Source: a virus
Strand: one strand, 5' to 3'
IMG/VR virus record: IMGVR_UViG_3300045988_043442
Location: 1-56,396 of that record
DNA: 56,396 nt
Position 1 is the first letter of the stretch; the number at the start of each line of letters is the position of its first letter. A program made the position numbers and the translations under genes. Shown piece after piece: positions 34,301 through 41,841 of the stretch. The notes under the pieces were generated by a model, which was given only the letters and a program-made list of their open reading frames with translations, made no database searches and was not told where the DNA came from.

Positions 34301-35703
34301 CAGTACCATCAGGAGCTGAAACAATAACAGTATATTTAGGAATTAGTCCAACAGCAAGTGGTGATTATACGTATTACAAACACCCAAAACTTGAACTCGG
34401 TGACAAGGCAACCGATTGGACGCCAGCACCGGAAGACATAGATGAAAAATTTACAGCATACAGCACAACAACGCAAATGAACTCTGCAATAAATCAATCA
34501 GCCAGTTCGATTTTAACTACAGTAAGCTCTAATTATGCCACAAAGGCTAGCTTAGAGGTAAAAATAGACAAAGACAAGCTGATAAGCGAAATTAATGCAA
34601 GTGCTGATGTTATCACGCTTAAATCGAATCGTTTTGTATTAGATAGCACTAATGCGAAGATAGCGGCAGATGGAACTGTAAATTTTGTTCAAGGCACTAT
34701 TGCAGGTTGGAATATTTCTTCAGCAAAATTAAGTGGTTCAGCCGGATTGTATGGCATTGCAATTAATAAGCCGTCGTCCACGTCAACAAAAGTTATAAAT
34801 ATTAATCATGTAGACACGACAGCGGCGACATATGTAGATGATTTTTATGTTCGTGCTGATGGATATACTTATATTCCAGACGGATATTTATCTACAAAAA
34901 ATCACAGCATTGGCGGTAAAGGAATTGAGATACATGAAGCGAACATAGATTTTTATGACTGGACTAAAAAGGATAATTTTATTGGCACAATTTTAGCCGG
35001 AGTTATTGGTAAAGATTCATCTGACGCAAGAGGTGCAATTGCAATTCTTTGCGATGACGGCGACCGCGTTCAAATTGGAAGAAGAAGAGGCGTGTCTGCA
35101 TCGTCTTATGATAGTGCAATAACCGTCAATGGAGATGATGAGCTAGGGATTGAATTTTATGGAAATGTTAAAGGGCATGGGCAAAAGGGTGCATGTTTTT
35201 ACGTTAATTCTGCTGGACTTACAAATTTTGCAATAACAAACCAAGAAAATACAATATATGGAAATTGCGAACTTAGTGTTTATGGCACGCAGAGGTTGAA
35301 ATACGAGCTTTACGTTGAAGGCAATATACATGGAAATGTAATATCTACTTCAGACAAGAATGTAAAAAAAGACATTAAGGCTCTTGATATTGAAGATTCA
35401 GCACATTTTATCTATAGTTTAATTCCGTCAGAGTTCCGATTCAAAAATGGAACGTCAAACCGCTTGCACCATGGCTTGATTGCTCAGGAAGTTAAAAAGT
35501 CAATGGGAGATAGTGATTGGGGATTGTTTATAGATAAAAAAGTTGACAACGAAAACTATATTGAAACCGAAGTCAACAGCGAGACAGGCGAGCAAACACA
35601 ACTTTTAACAGCACGCTATGGTTTGAGATATGACGAACTTATAGCTGATTTAATAGCGACAGTGCAAAGTCTGAACAACAGGCTTAAAGCATTAGAAAAA
35701 TAA
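31387..35703 (+). CDS. Tail fibre / minor structural protein with a C-terminal S74 intramolecular chaperone domain
   Basis: N-terminal phage minor-structural-protein-like region. Two tandem about 152-aa modules. C-terminal SDKNVKKDI...HHGLIAQEV...RYDELIA motif. Confidence 0.85.
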   Translation: MKILDTAMTEIIKGNSARYYSKYVVDEKEHTETLNNFKFQNMINPNNEITIGNTCSSSVTFSIYMPTISLENKEITIFEGVKVGTEIKYIQLGIFTVTKQTSDGEYTSYEAYDRMYKADMPYFSDMAFPSTDKAILNEICGKLGISLATNIVTTHTISDKPQGYTYREIIGYMAMLQGCNAVINADGNLELRWYKDSGYVLDGHKYYQQGVTFTTSKDFIIQKLTCNNTKSSSTEQSEITSGDGATGLSFANPFMTQTILDELYKKIGGFTFRPLTVKFVGDYRLEVGDIITVNKGGVDYKVPIMQIIHECDGGLMDTVTSIGQSDTENTSVASGPITKQMERYYANLLVVNKALINKLDVDTAKITYATITNLTAVKGDVDYLKVNNLTVDKANLLYASIKRMEVVEGQIRNLNVDDLKAQVANINTLMFGSASGGSLTTEFSNSIVANIGDAQIKSAMIESIAADKITSGKIYTNLVEILSESGNLDIADNTIQIKDDNKVARVQIGKDATNDYNIYVWDKSGNLMFDALGLTENGVKREIIRNDMIKEDANIAANKLNIESLFNVINKDGSHTLKSSKIYVDANKQTLDVAFKNMTTNVTELQKSVTTQGTQLTAVQGQISSKVWQQDITTAVNNLQIGGRNLLLNTADLTKWLCEDKTTVTKDVDGYFKVSTTQKTSWFSIYQTVTAVSAGQTYMLSGYSKKGTKVGYVAVRYYKSGIANILLQQNVSEGRFTIKFTIPAEADSEITVYLGLQPTTSGDYTYFKLPKLERGDKATDWSPAPEDIDNDISSVDTKVTTVSNQYTSLNQSLTSLTATVNSNTTKISEKADGSTVTALQANVTALTADLSGFKTTVSQTYTSKTELNNLQIGGRNLLLNTADLTKWHKEGNVTVTKDSNGYFKVSTTNTSGWWSTYWYISSDKSEQTYTLSGYNKKGTKVGHVVVRYYKSGTNNILVQKDVSEGYFTIKFTVPSGAETITVYLGISPTASGDYTYYKHPKLELGDKATDWTPAPEDIDEKFTAYSTTTQMNSAINQSASSILTTVSSNYATKASLEVKIDKDKLISEINASADVITLKSNRFVLDSTNAKIAADGTVNFVQGTIAGWNISSAKLSGSAGLYGIAINKPSSTSTKVININHVDTTAATYVDDFYVRADGYTYIPDGYLSTKNHSIGGKGIEIHEANIDFYDWTKKDNFIGTILAGVIGKDSSDARGAIAILCDDGDRVQIGRRRGVSASSYDSAITVNGDDELGIEFYGNVKGHGQKGACFYVNSAGLTNFAITNQENTIYGNCELSVYGTQRLKYELYVEGNIHGNVISTSDKNVKKDIKALDIEDSAHFIYSLIPSEFRFKNGTSNRLHHGLIAQEVKKSMGDSDWGLFIDKKVDNENYIETEVNSETGEQTQLLTARYGLRYDELIADLIATVQSLNNRLKALEK
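33295..33753 (+). repeat. Tail-fibre internal module, copy 1
   Basis: NNLQIGGRNLLLNTADLTKW ... GDKATDWSPAPEDID. Confidence 0.9.
33988..34443 (+). repeat. Tail-fibre internal module, copy 2
   Basis: NNLQIGGRNLLLNTADLTKW ... GDKATDWTPAPEDID. Diverged in the middle. Confidence 0.9.
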
Positions 35704-35735
35704 GCAAAAACAGATTATATATGGAGGTAAAAAAT

Positions 35736-35960
35736 ATGTTAAGTATTACAAAAAGCATTTCAGTACAGGGAACAAGTATGATTGAAGAAAACGGAAACAA
35801 AGTTGCGGTTATGCATTTATCCGCAAATATTACAGAGAGCGGTGCGACATCTATAAGCCAAACGATAAATGATAAAGAACTGTATGTCGCAAATAAGAGC
35901 ACATGCGAAGCTGATTATGAAGAATTCAAGGCAGAAGTTGACAAATTAATGTTACAATGA
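35736..35960 (+). CDS. Hypothetical 74-aa protein
   Basis: ATG lies behind GGAGG. Lies between the fibre and endolysin genes. Confidence 0.5.
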   Translation: MLSITKSISVQGTSMIEENGNKVAVMHLSANITESGATSISQTINDKELYVANKSTCEADYEEFKAEVDKLMLQ

Positions 35961-35975
35961 AAGTGAGGTATAAAA

Positions 35976-37259
35976 ATGATTAAATTCGGAATTGACACAT
36001 CAAGATGGCAGGGAGACTTTGATTTTAAAGGTGCAAAGGAAAATGAGGGTGTAGACTTTGCTATTATCAAGGCAGGCGGCGCTGATGATGGCTTATACGA
36101 AGATAGAGAATTTGAGAACAGCTATAACAAGTTGGAGAATGCAGGAATTCACAAGGGGGCGTATTATTTTGGTAACGCTTTAAGCACCGATGAAGCTATT
36201 AATGAAGCAAGGCATTGTGCAAGCATTTTAACTAACAAATCTTTTTGTTATCCTGTTTTTTACGATGTTGAGGGCGGTATGCTTACAGGCGAGGATTTAA
36301 CGGAGATTGTGCTTGCATTTATGAATGAACTTAAAAGGGCTGGCTTTAAAAATATAGGGCTTTACATGTCAGCTAACCATTTTAATAATTATGTAGATGT
36401 TGCGAGAGTAAAAAACGATGGTTTCAGCCTTTGGGTAGCAAGCTATTCAAGTGGAAAGCCACAGCTTACAAATGACACGGATTATGATATGTGGCAGTTT
36501 GGCGGAAGTGTTAATTATCTTAGAGACACACAGATTAACGGACAGACAGTAGACCAGAATTATTGCTACACTGATTATTGCACAGACCATGTCGTTGAAG
36601 AAATCACAGTACCGGACTATGAGCCAGTGCCAGACACTAAGTATCATAAAGACGATACAGTTAAGGTTATTAACGCTATTCAGTACGATAATGGCGAGCC
36701 ATTTAGCACTTACTATGATGAGTACAGTGTTTTATCAGCTAACGGCAGAAGAGTTGTTATTGGCGTTGATGGCGTAATCACTGCTGCTATTGACGAGGAT
36801 AACATAAGCCTTATCAAGTGTATTTATGACAATGACAATGATATTAACACAGATACAGTAAACCGTGGTGATGGCAAGAAAGTCAGAGTGCTTGATAACA
36901 TTGATTATGACGGCGTGAGATTCGCGACATATTATGATGAATATGATGTAATTGAAGAGGACGGAGACAGAATTGTTATAGGTATTGGCACAACAATCAC
37001 AGCCGCTGTAAATATTGCTAATCTTGAATTTATCGGCGGTGCAAGTTCTGATGATACGCCTACAGATATTCCATTTAGCGGAGATATTGAAGAGGGCAGT
37101 ACTGTAAGATTTGTCGGCAATACCGATTATGACGGAACACCTATTAAGGCTTGGTTTGATGAGTACACAGTATCAGAAAGAAGTGGAGACAGAGTTGTAC
37201 TTGTGCATGACGGAGAATTATTCGCAGCAGTCAATGTAACCGATTGCGAACTTATTTAA
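35976..37259 (+). CDS. Endolysin: GH25 muramidase plus three SH3-like wall-binding repeats
   Basis: FGIDTSRWQG and later GH25 motifs. Three about 65-aa repeats ending AAI/AAV-N-x-x-N/D-x-x-LI. Confidence 0.9.
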   Translation: MIKFGIDTSRWQGDFDFKGAKENEGVDFAIIKAGGADDGLYEDREFENSYNKLENAGIHKGAYYFGNALSTDEAINEARHCASILTNKSFCYPVFYDVEGGMLTGEDLTEIVLAFMNELKRAGFKNIGLYMSANHFNNYVDVARVKNDGFSLWVASYSSGKPQLTNDTDYDMWQFGGSVNYLRDTQINGQTVDQNYCYTDYCTDHVVEEITVPDYEPVPDTKYHKDDTVKVINAIQYDNGEPFSTYYDEYSVLSANGRRVVIGVDGVITAAIDEDNISLIKCIYDNDNDINTDTVNRGDGKKVRVLDNIDYDGVRFATYYDEYDVIEEDGDRIVIGIGTTITAAVNIANLEFIGGASSDDTPTDIPFSGDIEEGSTVRFVGNTDYDGTPIKAWFDEYTVSERSGDRVVLVHDGELFAAVNVTDCELI

Positions 37260-37267
37260 AAACAAAA

Positions 37268-37299
37268 ATACAGGTCTTGCTTTAATGTAAGACCTGTAT
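37268..37299. terminator. Bidirectional terminator
   Basis: ATACAGGTCTT / AAGACCTGTAT 11-bp stem between convergent genes. Confidence 0.75.
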
Positions 37300-37310
37300 A
37301 AATTAAAAAA

Positions 37311-37712
37311 TTATTTCTTTTCTTTTAACATTTTCTCAAATGATTCTCGGCGTTCTTTTATATTTTTAAGCCATTCAGATTTAGAATCTTGCGATACCAG
37401 CTTATTATCCGAAAGCGAAAGCGATATTTCAACGCTTGAAAAAGCGGCAGAAAGTGTTTTATCATCAGCTTGTTTTTCTGCCAAATTTGTTAAATTCTCC
37501 ATTTTGGTGCTTGCTTCTTTTGCACTTAAAGTTCCATTTTCAAAATCATCAATAATTTTAATCGCACTGTCTATCATTTTCCTGTCGCTTTCAGAGTAAC
37601 GATAATCGTTAAATACTCTAAAATAACACAGTAATACAGCAACGATAATTATTGCAAAGAAAACTATTGCGGCAATTATGCTTGTTTTGCTTATCTTTTG
37701 CTTTTCTTCCAT
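37311..37712 (-). CDS. Membrane-anchored protein, likely lysogen-expressed
   Basis: GGAGGG RBS. N-terminal TM IIAAIVFFAIIIVAVLLCYF. Confidence 0.7.
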   Translation of the reverse strand: MEEKQKISKTSIIAAIVFFAIIIVAVLLCYFRVFNDYRYSESDRKMIDSAIKIIDDFENGTLSAKEASTKMENLTNLAEKQADDKTLSAAFSSVEISLSLSDNKLVSQDSKSEWLKNIKERRESFEKMLKEKK

Positions 37713-37738
37713 AAAATAACCCTCCGTTTTTTGCTTGC

Positions 37739-37767
37739 ATTATAACATACCATTTTTAAAATGTCGA
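37739..37767 (-). promoter_or_regulatory. Promoter with extended -10
   Basis: Minus strand: TCGACA, 17 nt, TATAAT preceded by TGT. Confidence 0.55.
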
Positions 37768-37906
37768 ACACTGTCGCAATTTTACGATGTTATATATTAG
37801 AAATTTTAATATTCAGCATGTATAATAAACATGTCTTCAAAAGAAGACACTTCAAGTTCTGGCGTAGTGGTGCTGTTTAATTGGCGTTGGCAGTGCCACT
37901 ACATAC

Positions 37907-37935
37907 TTGACACAATAGAACGTGTGTTCTATAAT
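37907..37935 (+). promoter_or_regulatory. Consensus promoter overlapped by a palindrome
   Basis: TTGACA, 17 nt, TATAAT. TAGAAC-GTGT-GTTCTA spans 37916..37931. Confidence 0.7.
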
Positions 37936-37973
37936 AATCGTATCGCTATCGGAGTGCGGCTAGGGGGTACATA

Positions 37974-38081
37974 ATGGAGAATGAAGAGTACAGACAGAAG
38001 ATAATCGAATTAATCAATAATTGCAATAATAATCATTGGCTAAAAACAATATACAGCTACATTAAAACACTTTTGAAGTAA
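37974..38081 (+). CDS. 35-aa micro-ORF (or part of a small RNA unit)
   Basis: ATG lies behind GGGGG. Followed directly by a terminator. Confidence 0.3.
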   Translation: MENEEYRQKIIELINNCNNNHWLKTIYSYIKTLLK

Positions 38082-38086
38082 AAGAA

Positions 38087-38113
38087 AAAGACCGAGATTT
38101 TTTCTCGGTCTTT
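38087..38113. terminator. Bidirectional terminator
   Basis: AAAGACCGAGA / TCTCGGTCTTT stem. Confidence 0.8.
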
Positions 38114-38138
38114 GCTTATTCTTGGCTCAACAAATTTG

Positions 38139-38501
38139 TTACCTCTCATTTATCAAGTCAATCAGTTTTTCTAAACTTTCCCAGTCGCTTTCATTTAACT
38201 TGGCTAATGCACTTACAAGCCTATGTTTGAAATTGTCTTCACCGCTTCTCTGAATATTTCCAAGCATTTCAGCAATCTGCTCATCTTTGGATTTCTCTAT
38301 AAACATTTCCCCATCGCCGGTTCGCAGCCATTCTTCATTAACGGAAAATTCATTACATATCAGTTTTATAGTCTGTTCTGACGGATAATTTTCTCCGCTT
38401 TCCATTTTACAAACAGCAGAACGGGATATAGATAGTTTTTGAGCAAAATCAGTCTGGCTTATATTCAAGCTATTTCTAATTTTTTTAATTCTCTCATTCA
38501 T
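38139..38501 (-). CDS. XRE-family CI-like repressor without a peptidase domain
   Basis: AAAGGAGGAA RBS. IKKIRNSLNISQTDFAQKLSISRSAVCKMESGENYPSEQTI. Confidence 0.85.
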   Translation of the reverse strand: MNERIKKIRNSLNISQTDFAQKLSISRSAVCKMESGENYPSEQTIKLICNEFSVNEEWLRTGDGEMFIEKSKDEQIAEMLGNIQRSGEDNFKHRLVSALAKLNESDWESLEKLIDLINER

Positions 38502-38527
38502 AAGTAGTTCCTCCTTTCTTGAAAAGT

Positions 38528-38556
38528 ATAATAACATAAAATGCACATTAAGTCAA
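38528..38556 (-). promoter_or_regulatory. Repressor promoter
   Basis: Minus strand: TTGACT, 17 nt, TATTAT. Confidence 0.6.
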
Positions 38557-38564
38557 CAAAAGTG

Positions 38565-38593
38565 TTGACAATGTATATTTAATGTGCTAATAT
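38565..38593 (+). promoter_or_regulatory. Early rightward promoter with GCACAT operator half-sites
   Basis: TTGACA, 17 nt, TAATAT. GCACATTAA at 38543..38551 faces TTAATGTGC at 38579..38587. A third ATGCACAT lies at 38594..38601. Confidence 0.65.
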
Positions 38594-38628
38594 ATGCACA
38601 TCAGATGAACAGAAAGGAAGTGAATTGA

Positions 38629-38775
38629 ATGAGTGAAAAGGAAAAGGAAGTAGTTGAGAAGCTAAAGGAAGCAATTCCTAAGATGTCAGATTTTGACAAG
38701 GGCTATATTCTTGGCAAAGTCGAGAATATGGCAGAGAAAAGCGATAAGGAATGCGACAACAAGAGAAAGGAGTAA
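38629..38775 (+). CDS. Hypothetical 48-aa early protein
   Basis: GAAAGGAAG RBS. Hand-translated. Confidence 0.45.
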   Translation: MSEKEKEVVEKLKEAIPKMSDFDKGYILGKVENMAEKSDKECDNKRKE

Positions 38776-38777
38776 GA

Positions 38778-38927
38778 ATGGAAAGAGAATTGAAAGAATT
38801 AATCCAGATTGAAAAGAAAAGAAATTCCTTGCTTGAAGAAATCAATCGGTCATTGAAGAAACTTGCAAGCAAGGAAGATAAAGAGTGTCAGAGTGAAGTT
38901 GGTAAATCGGCTTTTAATCTTGATTGA
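38778..38927 (+). CDS. Hypothetical 49-aa coiled-coil protein
   Basis: ATG lies 2 nt after the upstream stop. Confidence 0.4.
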   Translation: MERELKELIQIEKKRNSLLEEINRSLKKLASKEDKECQSEVGKSAFNLD

Positions 38928-39138
38928 GCCAATTATGGTAATGTTCCAGCATTTCCATAATGCCAATTTCAACCCACGCACGACGAATAAACTCGTGTTC
39001 TTCAGCAATGTCAGTAAAGTTTTGCTTTTCAGTAGCAGACATTACTTTCTGATGAATTGAAGAATGAATTTCATTGCCATTAGAGCTTACAAAAGCTTTG
39101 AAATCTTCAAAATTTTTCACAATCTCACCTCTTTTCAT
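38914..39138 (-). CDS. Hypothetical 74-aa protein
   Basis: An extended -10 (TGCTATAAT) lies 13 nt upstream of the ATG. No obvious SD. Confidence 0.45.
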   Translation of the reverse strand: MKRGEIVKNFEDFKAFVSSNGNEIHSSIHQKVMSATEKQNFTDIAEEHEFIRRAWVEIGIMEMLEHYHNWLNQD

Positions 39139-39188
39139 AAAAGATAAGAGGATTATAGCACAAAGTACAAACAGATTAGAATTTTTGA

Positions 39189-39216
39189 TATTGATGCAAT
39201 AGAAAAGTGATGGTAG
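39189..39216. repeat. Left arm of a 28-bp inverted repeat
   Basis: TATTGATGCAATAGAAAAGTGATGGTAG. Matches 26 of 28 positions in the reverse complement of 39466..39493. Confidence 0.9.
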
Positions 39217-39305
39217 CGGTAAATAGTTACAAATCTCTTATAATGTAGTATTCATTGGTTTTTCAAAACAGGAGTGGCGTCCTGCTTACATCGAGTGTAA
39301 ATTAC

Positions 39306-39443
39306 CTACCGATTGGCAGTTTTGTCTTTAGCATATTTGTTTAATTCTATTGATATAGAAATAAAAGTATATAGGGTGCAGAAGTCTAAACCATAGAAGT
39401 ATGAGCCGACCACTGATATGCACAATGCTATGACAGTATCCAT
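39306..39443 (-). CDS. 45-aa hydrophobic peptide, type I toxin-like
   Basis: AAAGGAG RBS 5 nt from the ATG. MDTVIALCISVVGSYFYGLDFCTLYTFISISIELNKYAKDKTANR. Confidence 0.45.
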   Translation of the reverse strand: MDTVIALCISVVGSYFYGLDFCTLYTFISISIELNKYAKDKTANR

Positions 39444-39465
39444 ACAATCTCCTTTCGGAAAGTGT

Positions 39466-39493
39466 CTACCATCACTTCTCTATTGTATCAATA
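39466..39493. repeat. Right arm of the 28-bp inverted repeat, overlapping the peptide promoter
   Basis: CTACCATCACTTCTCTATTGTATCAATA. On the minus strand TTGTAG (39510..39505), 17 nt, TACAAT (39487..39482). Confidence 0.9.
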
Positions 39494-39601
39494 AATATAA
39501 AGTTCTACAAGTTACAGCAGATAGGAATGAGCAGAATCGCTTAAATGCACCTTAAAAGGTCAAAATATATCACACACAAATACAAAAGGAAAGGAATGTT
39601 T

Positions 39602-40378
39602 ATGGAGCTACAGATTTTTAGCAATTCAGAGTTTGGAGAAATCCGAACTATTACTAAAGATGATGAGCCTATGTTTTGCTTGGCTGATGTATGCAAGGCA
39701 TTGGAACTTACACAGCCATCAAAGGTAAAAGAAAGATTAAACGAAAAGGGTGTGCGTAGTATTCCTACCCTTACAAAAGGCGGAGAACAAAAGCTCTTAT
39801 ACATAAATGAGCCAAATCTTTACAAGACAATCTTTCAGAGCCGTAAAGATAGTGCAGAAAGATTTACAGATTGGGTAACAGGAGAAGTTCTTCCGTCAAT
39901 CAGAAAGAATGGCGGCTACATAGCAGGGCAGGAAACAATGTCTGATGAAGAACTTATGGCAAAGGCACTTCTTGTAGCCAATAACAAGATAGCTGAAAGA
40001 GACAGAGTCATTGAACAGAAGCAGGCAAGAATTGAACAGATGAAACCTAAAGAGATTTTCGCAGATGCAGTATCAGCAAGCCATACATCAATTCTTGTTG
40101 GAGATTTGGCAAAGTTGATTTGCCAGAACGGCTATCAGATAGGGCAGAAGCGATTGTTTGATTGGTTGAGAGCCAATGGCTATCTGATTAAGAGCGGTAG
40201 TTCTTACAATATGCCTACACAAAGGTATGTTGAACAGGGGCTATTTGAAATCAAGGAAAGTAACCTTGTTAATCCAGATGGAAGCGTAAGAATTACACGC
40301 ACACCAAAGGTAACAGGCAAAGGACAGGTTTACTTTGTTAATAAGTTTTTAAGTAAGGAGAATGTTTATGAAAAATGA
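39602..40378 (+). CDS. Antirepressor (Bro-N plus KilA-C/ANT-type domains)
   Basis: MELQIFSNSEFGEIRTI...FCLADVCKALE...ERFTDWVTGEVLPSIRKNGGY. Confidence 0.85.
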   Translation: MELQIFSNSEFGEIRTITKDDEPMFCLADVCKALELTQPSKVKERLNEKGVRSIPTLTKGGEQKLLYINEPNLYKTIFQSRKDSAERFTDWVTGEVLPSIRKNGGYIAGQETMSDEELMAKALLVANNKIAERDRVIEQKQARIEQMKPKEIFADAVSASHTSILVGDLAKLICQNGYQIGQKRLFDWLRANGYLIKSGSSYNMPTQRYVEQGLFEIKESNLVNPDGSVRITRTPKVTGKGQVYFVNKFLSKENVYEK

Positions 40379-40559
40379 ATTACAAGCAACACCACAGTAT
40401 AGCATATCAGTAGAAGAACTGATAGCAGAAAGAAACAACTTAGAAATCTCTATTGCGGCATACAAGAAAGCAAAGAGAGGCAGTAGGATAGCTGAATATT
40501 TATACATGTTATCAGCAATATTATTTATTGTGTCAATGATATTTCAGCTTATTAATTAG
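40362..40559 (+). CDS. Small C-terminally membrane-anchored protein
   Basis: LYMLSAILFIVSMIFQLI tail. Confidence 0.45.
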   Translation: MFMKNELQATPQYSISVEELIAERNNLEISIAAYKKAKRGSRIAEYLYMLSAILFIVSMIFQLIN

Positions 40560-40576
40560 AAAGGAGTTTTAGCAGA

Positions 40577-40858
40577 TTGATATTTATTATTTCTGAAAAA
40601 GGCGAAAGAGAGCAGATTAATGAGGTGGAAAGACTTGAAATTCTGGCACACATTGGCAGAAGAACAAGTTACCTCTTAGGAAGAAATAAGCATTGTGAGC
40701 CATTAAGAAACATGGTTGTAAAAGATATTTTAGGGCAGTTGGGGCACGAATTCGGGTGTGAACTAAATGAACTGAAAAAGAAATACATAGCAGACACTCA
40801 CGATTATATCGACTGCTACGAACTGCCTACAATAATGAAAGAGAGATATAAGCTATGA
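40577..40858 (+). CDS. Hypothetical protein
   Basis: TTG-start ORF in the early array. Confidence 0.4.
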   Translation: MIFIISEKGEREQINEVERLEILAHIGRRTSYLLGRNKHCEPLRNMVVKDILGQLGHEFGCELNELKKKYIADTHDYIDCYELPTIMKERYKL

Positions 40859-40992
40859 TACAGGTAAACGAGAGAGAAATAACAATACAGGATTGCATTG
40901 ATATGTTTGAAAAGAAAAACATGTATACAGTAATTGATGGCGGCGAGATTGTCGGATTTGTAAGTACAACAGAATTGAAAGGGGAAAAATAA
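40855..40992 (+). CDS. Hypothetical 45-aa protein
   Basis: ATGA overlap with the upstream gene. Confidence 0.35.
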   Translation: MIQVNEREITIQDCIDMFEKKNMYTVIDGGEIVGFVSTTELKGEK

Positions 40993-40993
40993 A

Positions 40994-41623
40994 ATGATAG
41001 AAAATAACAAAATTGAATTGTGCGGAGTTATAGCAAGCACTCCAGAGCTTAATCACAAAACTTATGGCGAAAATTTCTATGGTTTTCGTTTAAGCTGTTC
41101 CAGAAAAAGCACCGAAAAGGACATGCTGCCAATTATTGTATCTGACAGATTGGTAGAAATCAAAGATTTACAGGTAGGTAAAAAAATATTAGTTAAGGGA
41201 CAGGTGAGAACCTTTAACAAGCATATATCAGATGATAAACGTAAACTTTTAATAATGGTGTTTGCTAGGGATGTTCGGGAGATTGAAGAAGAGAGCGAAT
41301 CAGCCCCGGAATTTAACAACAATGTTAAATTGAGCGGTTATATTTGCAAGCCGCCGGTTTACAGAGTAACACCTAAAGGTAGAGAGATAGCTGATGTATT
41401 AATTGCGGTTAATCGTACGTATGGCAAATCAGATTACATACCATGTATTACATGGGGTAGAAATGCAAGATATACCGGCAACCTTGATGTGGGTACTCGC
41501 GTTGACGTTGAGGGAAGATTGCAAAGCAGAGAATACACAAAGAAACTTGATGACGGCACAGAAGAAATAAGAACAGCTTACGAAATTTCAGTAAGTAGAA
41601 TAGAAGAAAGTGAGGAAAAATAA
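40994..41623 (+). CDS. Tandem-OB-fold single-stranded DNA-binding-like protein
   Basis: Two internally similar halves: L-G-x-I...R...D-x-(L/I)P-x-I...VG-x-x-(I/V)-x-V-x-G. Confidence 0.55.
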   Translation: MIENNKIELCGVIASTPELNHKTYGENFYGFRLSCSRKSTEKDMLPIIVSDRLVEIKDLQVGKKILVKGQVRTFNKHISDDKRKLLIMVFARDVREIEEESESAPEFNNNVKLSGYICKPPVYRVTPKGREIADVLIAVNRTYGKSDYIPCITWGRNARYTGNLDVGTRVDVEGRLQSREYTKKLDDGTEEIRTAYEISVSRIEESEEK

Positions 41624-41625
41624 TA

Positions 41626-41841
41626 ATGGATGATAAGTTTGAATTAACAATGCATGGTGCACTTTCCAGCATTATAACAGTACCGCTCGCAAGATATGAA
41701 GAATTGATAGATTGCGAGACGAGAGCAGAGGTACTTACAAGTGTGGCAAAAGGACATTCTGTGATTAATACAGAGGACGTATTTAGAATTCTTGGAGTTA
41801 CAGATTTTTATAAAGAAAGGATATGTTTATGGAGAGAGTGA
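41626..41841 (+). CDS. Hypothetical protein
   Basis: ORF in the early array. Confidence 0.45.
   Translation: MDDKFELTMHGALSSIITVPLARYEELIDCETRAEVLTSVAKGHSVINTEDVFRILGVTDFYKERICLWRE

Noticed and set aside
33295-34443. Tail-fibre internal repeats as a diversity-generating retroelement (template/variable repeat pair)
   Set aside because: No reverse transcriptase-like ORF was recognised anywhere in the window. Both copies are in frame within one gene. Their differences include indels and substitutions at all four bases rather than adenine-specific changes.
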